From IMG/VR virus record IMGVR_UViG_3300009151_000346, positions 1 through 25,019 of that record: DNA of 25,019 nucleotides; one strand, given 5' to 3'. This DNA is from a virus (Duplodnaviria; Caudoviricetes). The notes beneath the pieces are model-generated. The model had not been told where the DNA came from and ran no database searches. It was given only the letters and a program-made list of their open reading frames with translations. The position numbers and the translations under genes are program-made. Shown piece by piece: positions 1-7,961 of this stretch (positions are counted from its first letter, which is position 1; every line of letters starts with the position of its first letter).

Positions 1-372
1 ATTAGGAAAGCGTACATCACTAATAACAATGTCATCGTTACTGGTTAATAGTTTATGCTCTAAACTAGCAATCCAAATATCATTATGAAATGCTTTACGG
101 CAAACTTCTGTACCCCACCATTGAAGAATCCACCTTGGTGTTAGATTGGGCATGTCTAAACGTTCTGCCCACCACGGATCCACTTGTTCTCGCCATTCTC
201 GGGCTTCTTTTGTACGGCCTTCGAGTAATGTACGATCCCAACCAAACACGGCTGCTACAGCATCTTTTAATGTGCCAGCAAAACTATCTCTTCTAAATCC
301 GTGAAAATTAACCAAATAATCAGCGGCGGTGTCTTTTCCAGAGCCAATTAAACCTACAAAACCAATGATCAT
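1..372 (-). CDS. Deoxynucleoside monophosphate kinase, T4 gp1-like (partial, runs off window start)
   Basis: Not in the ORF track. Manual translation from ATG at 372: MIIGFVGLIGSGKDTAADYLVNFHGFRRDSFAGTLKDAV...TPRWILQWWGTEVCRKAFHNDIWI...IVISDVRFPN. Has P-loop GxxGSGKD, R-x-x-LQ-x-x-GTE and ISDVRFPN motifs, and a GAGGA SD upstream. Confidence 0.9.
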   Translation of the reverse strand, partial: MIIGFVGLIGSGKDTAADYLVNFHGFRRDSFAGTLKDAVAAVFGWDRTLLEGRTKEAREWREQVDPWWAERLDMPNLTPRWILQWWGTEVCRKAFHNDIWIASLEHKLLTSNDDIVISDVRFPN

Positions 373-393
373 AACATCCTCAAGTGATACTAT

Positions 394-422
394 AATATAT
401 TACAATTATATTAATTTGTCAA
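394..422 (-). promoter_or_regulatory. Sigma70-like promoter for the dNMP kinase
   Basis: Minus strand reads TTGACA (422-417), 17-nt spacer, TATATT (399-394), in the intergenic gap upstream of the SD and ATG. Confidence 0.65.
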
Positions 423-429
423 TAATTTA

Positions 430-1188
430 TTAGCCAATTACAAAAGTAAGCGGTGTGCCCCCGTCTTTGTAATTTACTAAATCAAGTTCAAGGGTTTCAA
501 TTTCAGCTTTACCTTCACCTTTGAGAGCTGCACCATTTAATTGTGTGGTGCCCGATGGTGCAGCAATACTGGCAAACTTTTCACGTGCTTCACCTAGCAT
601 AAGTTTACAAGTTGCTAATGAATAATCTTTTAACCACTGTCCTGCAAACTGATCTTGCATGAGATTAAAGTCTGGGCGATAGTTATATAACCACAACATG
701 ACTTCTTCTTCGGCTCGTGGACGTTGCATAATAGTAAGTTTTTTAGTAGTTTTGTTAAATGTAAAGTTAATTTCGCTACCAAACATTTTACCTACTAATT
801 TTTGATAGCTGGCAAATGCGTAATAAGTTGCTAATCCTCCCATATTTGTACTAGTTAACAAATAAGTGTTAGAATATGCTAGATTAAATGGTTCGTATAC
901 TGAGCCGCCTTGACCGCCTCCTGATCTACTGCCAACGCTACGACGGAAAATCTGTCGAACATTGGTAACTTCTTGTGGAAGCATATACTCATTTTGATCC
1001 ACGTCGAGTGTTAAGAATCCAAAACTTTCTTCTACTGCATTACTACTGCGTTGGCGAAATTTAGCCAATGCCCTGTTAATTGCTGTGCTGTAATGTACAG
1101 GGTCTAGTTCTACATCAACCATGCCACTACCTAACATGGATTTGACGTATTCTACAATTTGTTGGCGTTCGTTTTCGTTTTCAGTCAT
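430..1188 (-). CDS. Neck / head-completion protein, T4 gp13-like
   Basis: 252 aa. N-terminal YVKSMLGSGMVDVELD, W-L-K-D-Y-S-L-A...LGEAREKF, and C-terminal TQLNG...GKAE...PLTFVIG match the gp13 family pattern. Adjacent to gp14/gp15-like genes. Confidence 0.85.
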   Translation of the reverse strand: MTENENERQQIVEYVKSMLGSGMVDVELDPVHYSTAINRALAKFRQRSSNAVEESFGFLTLDVDQNEYMLPQEVTNVRQIFRRSVGSRSGGGQGGSVYEPFNLAYSNTYLLTSTNMGGLATYYAFASYQKLVGKMFGSEINFTFNKTTKKLTIMQRPRAEEEVMLWLYNYRPDFNLMQDQFAGQWLKDYSLATCKLMLGEAREKFASIAAPSGTTQLNGAALKGEGKAEIETLELDLVNYKDGGTPLTFVIG

Positions 1189-1193
1189 AACAA

Positions 1194-1209
1194 TATTTAC
1201 CTATAAATA
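1194..1209. promoter_or_regulatory. Back-to-back T4-late-like promoters (TAAATA on minus 1194-1199; TATAAATA on plus 1202-1209)
   Basis: Both boxes lie in the 28-bp gap between divergent ATGs, 5 and 7 nt from each start. TATAAATA is the T4 gp55 late consensus. Confidence 0.75.
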
Positions 1210-1216
1210 CAATACT

Positions 1217-2416
1217 ATGCCAAAACTTTCCATGTACAAGCCCGAAAAGGGCAATGATTTTAGATTTATAGATCGTGTAATTAACGAAGAATTCCAAGTC
1301 GGCGGTACAGATGTTTATATACACAAATATCTCGGCCCCGTTAATCCCGAAGAAGGAAACAGTACTCCTACACAACCTAATAATTCCAATCCTATTCCAG
1401 AATTAGGAATACAAGATTTGTTGTTTATGGAAAACAGAGATAGACATTATGCTCCAGATGTTTACGTTATTCGTGGCATATATACCATGCAAGACTTAGA
1501 TTTTAATTTGAGTCAATTTGGATTATTTCTTCAGAATGACAACATTATGATTAATTTTCACTTACGTAGCAGTTTTGATGCATTAGGTAGAAAAATTATG
1601 GCAGGCGATGTTATAGAATTGCCACATCAAAAAGATGAATATGCATTAGATGATAGTCTTGTAGCACTAAGAAGATTCTATGTTGTTTCAGAGGTTACAC
1701 GCCCTGCCAGTGGATATAGCCAAACTTGGTATCCACATTTAGTTAGAGCAAAATGTTCACCACTAGTTGATAGTCAGGAATTTAAAGAAATTCTTGATGC
1801 AGATTCTGGAGCAGAAGATGGTAGTACATTACGTGATTTAATATCATCATATAAGAAAAATATAGAAATTAATAATCAAATTATTCAACAGGCACAAGCG
1901 GATGTTGAAAAGAGTGGATATAAAACTGAGCAATTTTACATTGTACCAGTTAGTAATACCGGAACAGGATTATTATCCGTAGCTGATGCTACAATTGATA
2001 ATACCGATGTTACGTCAGAATCATCATATTTAGATGCATCGGCTGTATTAAATACTCCTGGTAAAAATTATTATATCGGATATTTAACAGGTGATGGACT
2101 TCCACCAAATGGTATTCCTTATGGATTTGGTATTATATTTCCTGCAACTCCAGCACTTGGTGATTTTTTCTTAAGAACCGATTATTTGCCTAATAGGTTA
2201 TTTAGATACGATGGGGTACATTGGATCAAATACGAAGATAATGTAAGAATGACCACCAGTATGATGGGAGAATCACAAACAGATAATCCATTATTGGTAA
2301 GAAGAAAGTTAAAAACTAGTTTTGTCAATAATACAACAACTGGTACAATTTCTGGTGTAGTTGTTCGAGAACGACAGGCACTAAGTCAAGTATTAAAACC
2401 AAGGGCAGATTTATAA
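1217..2416 (+). CDS. Neck / head-closure protein, T4 gp14-like (true start 1217, 399 aa)
   Basis: MPKLSMYKPEKGNDFRFIDR...; FQVGGTDVYIHKY, DLLFMENRDRHY, LSQFGLFL, GDVIELPH and YVVSEV follow the gp14-family pattern. The ORF-track start at 1121 overlaps the gp13-like gene, whereas ATG 1217 follows a TATAAATA box. Confidence 0.8.
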   Translation: MPKLSMYKPEKGNDFRFIDRVINEEFQVGGTDVYIHKYLGPVNPEEGNSTPTQPNNSNPIPELGIQDLLFMENRDRHYAPDVYVIRGIYTMQDLDFNLSQFGLFLQNDNIMINFHLRSSFDALGRKIMAGDVIELPHQKDEYALDDSLVALRRFYVVSEVTRPASGYSQTWYPHLVRAKCSPLVDSQEFKEILDADSGAEDGSTLRDLISSYKKNIEINNQIIQQAQADVEKSGYKTEQFYIVPVSNTGTGLLSVADATIDNTDVTSESSYLDASAVLNTPGKNYYIGYLTGDGLPPNGIPYGFGIIFPATPALGDFFLRTDYLPNRLFRYDGVHWIKYEDNVRMTTSMMGESQTDNPLLVRRKLKTSFVNNTTTGTISGVVVRERQALSQVLKPRADL

Positions 2417-2417
2417 T

Positions 2418-3867
2418 ATGGTTATTTACAAATTAAACACGGAGGCAGCGGTTTAACACCGACTGTACTAAATCGGACTACTTTTATGATGGGCAAATAC
2501 GTAGATATTTGTCACAATTTATTCAAATACTTAGTAATTTTGCCTACAAAGATGCCAAAGGTAATTTAGTACAGGTGCCTGTTCGTTATGGAGATATGAC
2601 TAGACAAGTTGGACAAATACTAAAAAAGAATAGTGAGAACACAATTCCTAGTGCTCCATTTATTTCTTGCTATATCAAAGAATTAGAATTTGATAGAGAA
2701 CGATTACAAGATCCAACTTTTATTAGTAAAATTAATATAATAGAAAGAGACATTGAGCATCAACAATACTTAAATACCAAAGGCAATAACTATACCATTG
2801 AACGTATTATGCCAAGTCCGTATAAATTAACGTTAAATGCAGATATATGGACTACTAGTAACGATCAAAAATTACAAATATTTGAACAAATAGCAATTTT
2901 CTTTACTCCAAGTTTTGAAATACAAACTACAGATAATTATCTTGATTGGACAAGTCTAAGTACTGTTAGATTAGATGATGTGAACTGGACTAGTCGTCAA
3001 ATTCCCCAAGGAGTTACAGAAGATATAGATATCATGACTATGACATTTGATACGCCTGTATGGATTACTCCTCCTGCCAAAGTAAAAAAATTAGGAGTTA
3101 TTACTAAAATTATATCTAATATATTTTCAGGTAATGCACAAGGAACAATTTCTAGTCTATATAATGTACAAGATGCTTCTGATGTATTTTCAAATGTTTC
3201 TCCAGATGCAACAATTACAATAACTCCTGGAAATTATGATTTATTAGTTTTAAACAATACTGCAAGGCTAATACACAGTAATGGTGTTGGTGAAAACATT
3301 GATATTACAGCACCAAAAAATACAGCATCGTGGCATAAAGTATTAGATTTATATCCTGGAAAATTTAGAGCAGGGTTAAGTGAATTAAGATTTGCTCAAT
3401 CGGGAGGCAATGAAATAATTGCTTATATGAGTTTAGATCCTAGTGATGATTTTGCTATGAGATTGAACATAAACACCGACACTGTACCAAGTAATACAAT
3501 TATTGCAGGTAGAGGAACAGTCGATGCTGTAGTTAATCCTGAAAATTTTAATCCTGGAACAGTCACAATAAACACAAGATATTTGATATTAGAAGATATC
3601 AATAACAATCCGCTATTTGGACACACAGGATATCAAGGACCGGTTGCATGGCAAAATTCCGATCATACAGATTTTCAAGCATTTGCCAATGACATTATAG
3701 AGTGGAATGGTAGTAACTGGAATGTTATATTCAGTTCTGCGACAGTTACTAGTATTATATACATAACTAATTCATATACGAGTACACAGTATAAATGGGA
3801 TAACGGAGCATGGAGTAAGAGTTATGAGGGCGTTTATAGTTCAACATTATGGAGAATAATTCTTTAA
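2418..3867 (+). CDS. Tail terminator / sheath stabiliser, T4 gp15-like, with interrupted 5' end (ATG 2418; conserved frame resumes at 2476)
   Basis: The frame from 2476 reads DYFYDGQIRRYLSQFIQILSNF...VPVRYG...MPSPYKLTLNADIWT...QIFEQIAIFFTP, the gp15-family pattern. This frame has no ATG/GTG/TTG between TAA 2434 and TTG 2509. ATG 2418 is in a different frame. Confidence 0.8.
2421..2475 (+). other. 55-nt intervening element (candidate mini-intron or recoding signal) containing GGAGG and a hairpin
   Basis: Removing it fuses ATG to GAC TAC TTT TAT (MDYFY...). It contains GGAGG (2441-2445) and the hairpin CAGCGGT-TTAAC-ACCG(A)CTG (2446-2465), with the frame-0 stop TAA (2454-2456) in the loop. Confidence 0.55.
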
Positions 3868-4289
3868 ATCAAGTAATATGTAGCGGCGGGCTATTTCTTG
3901 CCAAAGATACTAAACGATTTTTATTTTTATCAAGAACTCAGTCCAAAACCGCAGGAACATGGGGACTAGTTGGGGGTAAAAAAGAACCCTCAGATGTTAC
4001 CCCATATGATGCTCTTATACGAGAGATACATGAAGAAATAGGCAAAATGCCTACTATAAAAAAAGTAATTCCTTTAGAATTGTTTATCAGCAATGATCTA
4101 CAGTTTCAGTACAACACATATCTATTGATTGTTGATCGTGAATTTATTCCTGTACTAAATGAAGAGCACGATGGATATGCTTGGGCCAGTTACGATCAGT
4201 GGCCCAAACCGTTGCATAGAGCTGTAAAGAATTCATTTAGCAGTAAAATTATTAGAGCCAAATTAGAATTATTATTGGATTTATTTTAA
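3849..4289 (+). CDS. Nudix hydrolase
   Basis: Nudix box WGLVGGKKEPSDVTPYDALIREIHEEIG and LNEEHDGYAW motif. Overlaps the 3' end of the gp15-like gene by 19 nt. Confidence 0.9.
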   Translation: MENNSLNQVICSGGLFLAKDTKRFLFLSRTQSKTAGTWGLVGGKKEPSDVTPYDALIREIHEEIGKMPTIKKVIPLELFISNDLQFQYNTYLLIVDREFIPVLNEEHDGYAWASYDQWPKPLHRAVKNSFSSKIIRAKLELLLDLF

Positions 4290-5074
4290 AATCCTAGATG
4301 TTTTTTTCTAACAAATTCTAAATCGTAATTAGATTGCTGAGAACTTTCTGCTTGTTTTTCAAATGGTGTACGTGTTGGAGAACATATTCTCCAGTCTGGT
4401 CCCCATTTCTTTGTCAATTACTCTATATTCATTGCGTTGACATCATCTAATTTTTCTTTTAAGCTAGGATCATTTTTTTGTGTTTGATAATGATATTCCC
4501 CATCGCTTAGTTCTAATCCGTGATAGTATGGTTTTTCTAAAGACAATATTTTTCTAATTGGTCTATGTATAAATCTCATAATATAGTCCGCATCTTCACA
4601 ATATGCTGGATATAAGTTTTCGTCAAATAATCCAAAATGTTGAATAATAACATCTCTTATTAAAAATAAATCCCAACTACCAACACCAAATGCTCCCGGA
4701 TTACCATGTATCAATCCTAGATTAGAATCGTTCTCTATCTTAGTTGACATTTCTTCCAATACACCTGGACCAAATGACACATCGTCATTGGCTATAATCC
4801 AATATGGACTATTCATGAAACATTTAATTATAAGATTCCATGCACCAGCAACTCCTATATTTGCGGGTAAATGTACTATTTTTATATTCTTAACAAATTT
4901 GTGATTTATTTTTTTTAAATTATCCAAATCTTCGTCTAATTCTCCACGACCATTATTGTTGATAATAACAAAATTATCAACAGGATAGTCAATACTCATT
5001 AGTAATCTAGTTACCCAGAAATTACTATTAACTACTGCTGTTCCAATAACTGGTATTGATTGTTGTGTGCTCAT
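4286..5074 (-). CDS. GT-A fold (GT2-like) glycosyltransferase with internal in-frame TAA at 4418-4420 (218 aa to first stop; 262 aa if read through)
   Basis: NIGVAGAWNLII, YWIIANDDV (DxD-like) and FGLFDENLYPAYCEDADY motifs. After the TAA the same frame continues LTKKWGPDWRICSPTRTPF...YDLEFVRKKHLGF* to a stop that overlaps the Nudix stop. Confidence 0.8.
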
Positions 5075-5991
5075 CTTATAAAACCTTTTTCAAATTTAAT
5101 TACATCAGAATCTAACTTTATTCCATTTTCACAAGATCTACAAATGTTAAAAGTAGAATAAGGTTCTGGGATTACTTCTTCGTAACTTTGATCATATAAA
5201 TTACCTATAATATTTTCTAAACTATAATCCATACAACAAAGAGAAACATCTCCATTTGGCAATAAAACATTATGATACAATCTTTCTTCACAATTGCAAG
5301 TCATGTCATGATTTCCGTGAAATACTGTTTTATATTCATTCTTTAAATTTTCTAACTCGGGTTTTAATAATGCCTCACCTAGTAAATTTCCTGCACGATG
5401 CCACATTTCGTGTACTGGTGCAGATGAATATAGATGCCTAATATCTTCATGAATTTCGGTTCCCATAGACATGGTATGAAAATTATGTATTTCATGTTGA
5501 ATTGTTTTCATGTATTCTAAAAGTTTAATATATCCTTTAGTTATTGGATGTTTTGCTAAACGCCCTTGATCGGGCAAATGTAAAACAAAACCACCGTTGG
5601 GATTACCAGAAAACGGAATATGTTTAATACGTTCCATATCTTCTATAGACATTCCTATACCAGTAGTGAATATAGACACAGGATGGCCTTGATCGTGTGC
5701 ATACAATACCATATCTGTACAATATTTATTCATCCACGGCTCAGTAAATCCTGCAAATGTAATTCTTATGTCTTTAGGTACTTTATCTATTAACGTTCTA
5801 AACCCTTCTATAGATAAAATTGCTTCGCCTTTATATTTAGATTCTAAAATGCGTTGTGGACAGAACACACAATCAACCACGCATCCTTTTTTTGGAATTA
5901 TGGTAGTAATTTCCAACGTGGGAGCACGAGACAGTCTCCACTTCTCAGTATAAACTCCTGGAAAAACTTTTATTTTATGTTCTGATTTCAT
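5071..5991 (-). CDS. Radical SAM protein with SPASM/twitch-like C-terminal domain
   Basis: CxxxCxxC (GCVVDCVFCPQ), GFTEPW, IFTTG, and C-terminal C...VLLPNGDVSLCC...IGNL...CRSC. ATGA overlap with the GT gene. Confidence 0.9.
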   Translation of the reverse strand: MKSEHKIKVFPGVYTEKWRLSRAPTLEITTIIPKKGCVVDCVFCPQRILESKYKGEAILSIEGFRTLIDKVPKDIRITFAGFTEPWMNKYCTDMVLYAHDQGHPVSIFTTGIGMSIEDMERIKHIPFSGNPNGGFVLHLPDQGRLAKHPITKGYIKLLEYMKTIQHEIHNFHTMSMGTEIHEDIRHLYSSAPVHEMWHRAGNLLGEALLKPELENLKNEYKTVFHGNHDMTCNCEERLYHNVLLPNGDVSLCCMDYSLENIIGNLYDQSYEEVIPEPYSTFNICRSCENGIKLDSDVIKFEKGFIR

Positions 5992-5992
5992 A

Positions 5993-7954
5993 CTATCTGT
6001 TGTCTATGTATATGGTAATTGCACCGTAATAATCAATAAAATGATCATTCCATAGATCCCACTTGATATTTACGTTATCCATTGAAAATATTTCAATTTT
6101 CTTAAAATCTTTTAAATATGTATCTCTAAATTTTTTAAATTTAATTTTTAGCTCTTCATTATGAAGATGGAATTCTCCAGAAATTTTCTTTACATTACTA
6201 AAAACCCATTCTTTGTTTTCATCTGTGAACATATCATATTCACCGCCCTCACAATCAGTTTTTAAGAAATCAATTTGATTAATACCATAGGTGTTTATTA
6301 ACGTATTAAAAGTAATTCCGTCAGCATCTGATTCTTTACCCCAAATTTCTTGTACATCTTTGTCAAATATTCCCCAAGATTTAAATGCTGTATCAACGTG
6401 AGCTACTGCTTTATTAATACCAGTAACATTATCATACTTTTTTAAATTATTAGTTAATGTTTTATATAAATTCTTGTTAGGTTCTAGGCAAATTACCCTT
6501 GATGGTTTTTTATCAATAATACTATATGTAAATGGGCCAACACTAGCACCTACGTCTAATACTACATCACCTTCTTCAACTTTGAAAAACTTTTGATATA
6601 AATCTTGTACAAAAATTTCATCTTTAACTACTTTAAGGAACCATGGATTTTCTTGAATTTCTCCCCAGTCGAACTCATCATCGGTAATTTTACCAAACAT
6701 ATAGTCTTCTGCTTTTTTGATTTGTGAACCAGTAAATTTCATCTTTTCTAATATTGATGGATCTATTAAATCTGGATGTATCCACCAATCTTCATAGTTA
6801 CGCCATTCGTCAGGTGCAATATTGCCTGCTACCATAACATATCCAAAGGACTCTAAATATTTTCTTGATTTTTCCCTAAAACTTTTAGATTCATCACAAT
6901 AATAATCGTGCTCATAAGTAATAACTGCAAATTGATATTTTTCAAAAGGTATTGATAATAGTATTTTATACGTAATATTAGGTGGGTCACAATCTAATTG
7001 CAGATAATCTATATTGTTAGAAAAATCCAATCCAGATAAAAATTTCTCATAATTTACTAATGTTGCATCTTTCAGCAGACATGGGTTTTTTCTTTCTTTT
7101 GAAAACGCATCAATAAACTGCTGATCTATATCTAGAGATATTCCTGTCCACTCAAAATCTTGTTCTAGTAATGCTGTATTATTTCCATAAAATGGATCAG
7201 CAGCACCTATCTCTAAATAAGTGCCTTTGCGTTTTCCATTTAACATCGTTAACACAAACATATCTTGATACGATTCAGAAAAGTTTTTTTCAATTTTTTC
7301 CGACCCTGGAAATTTTAATTTTAGTTGATTAAATTTTTCTTTATTGAATAAAGTTAATTTATTTTCTTTAATTCCAATTTCTTCAAAATACTTTAAATTT
7401 TTTAGAACTGCTTCTCTATGTACAGTATCAATATTATGATTAACTAATAAATCGTTGAATAACGTTCTAGATTCTTCGCATAATCCACACCACCAACTAC
7501 TAACTGCCTTTTCAAATAATAATCCATATTTTCCGGGATATCCTACATCGGTAATCAATGATGGAGAATTATGGTCACAAACACCCAACCCTGTAGATGA
7601 TAACATGTAACATAAAAACCAATCGCCTTCTTTCTGTTCAACTTCATGTAATCTACTTAAAAAGAAATATGCCTCTGGTCGGGTTGGCAACAATGCAATA
7701 GCATGTTGCAGTAGACCTTTTACGGAAAATGCCCGTGTTCCTTGAGATTCAAAACATCGTGCGGCTTTTATTAAACATTCGTATTTTAACAAATCGTCGT
7801 TTGTTCTTTCAGCGGTCCTTATATAATAAGAAACTGCCGATGCGGTTTGTCCTATACTATTATAATACAATGCTAATGAAAAATTAATTTCAGCATCCGC
7901 GGGGTCATGTATAAATTTTTCTAATAAACTAATAAGTGTGCTATTTGTTTTCAT
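5993..7954 (-). CDS. TPR-like domain plus two FkbM-like SAM-dependent methyltransferase domains
   Basis: N-terminal helical repeats (AVSYYIRTAE, LLPTRPEAYFFLS). Domain 1 has SYQDMFV...YLEIGAADP...IDYLQLDCDP...YEDWW. Domain 2 has VLDVGASVG...CLEP...IDFLKTDCEGGE...GEFH. Confidence 0.85.
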   Translation of the reverse strand: MKTNSTLISLLEKFIHDPADAEINFSLALYYNSIGQTASAVSYYIRTAERTNDDLLKYECLIKAARCFESQGTRAFSVKGLLQHAIALLPTRPEAYFFLSRLHEVEQKEGDWFLCYMLSSTGLGVCDHNSPSLITDVGYPGKYGLLFEKAVSSWWCGLCEESRTLFNDLLVNHNIDTVHREAVLKNLKYFEEIGIKENKLTLFNKEKFNQLKLKFPGSEKIEKNFSESYQDMFVLTMLNGKRKGTYLEIGAADPFYGNNTALLEQDFEWTGISLDIDQQFIDAFSKERKNPCLLKDATLVNYEKFLSGLDFSNNIDYLQLDCDPPNITYKILLSIPFEKYQFAVITYEHDYYCDESKSFREKSRKYLESFGYVMVAGNIAPDEWRNYEDWWIHPDLIDPSILEKMKFTGSQIKKAEDYMFGKITDDEFDWGEIQENPWFLKVVKDEIFVQDLYQKFFKVEEGDVVLDVGASVGPFTYSIIDKKPSRVICLEPNKNLYKTLTNNLKKYDNVTGINKAVAHVDTAFKSWGIFDKDVQEIWGKESDADGITFNTLINTYGINQIDFLKTDCEGGEYDMFTDENKEWVFSNVKKISGEFHLHNEELKIKFKKFRDTYLKDFKKIEIFSMDNVNIKWDLWNDHFIDYYGAITIYIDNR

Positions 7955-7961
7955 AATATTT

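Noticed and set aside
90-296. 68-aa plus-strand ORF
   Set aside because: Antisense shadow of the dNMP kinase on the minus strand.
1121-1216. Extended N-terminus of the gp14-like ORF
   Set aside because: Overlaps the divergent gp13-like gene and both promoters. ATG 1217 is the better start.
2421-2475. Spliceosomal intron reading (GT start, TACTAA branch-like sequence) or a group I/II intron
   Set aside because: No 3' AG, the context is a prokaryotic phage, and the segment is far too short for a self-splicing core. I could not build a complete bulge-helix-bulge either. Kept only as an unexplained element.
4418-4420. Alternative genetic code (TAA reassigned)
   Set aside because: Most genes here end cleanly at TAA with tight packing, and TAG and TGA are also used as stops.
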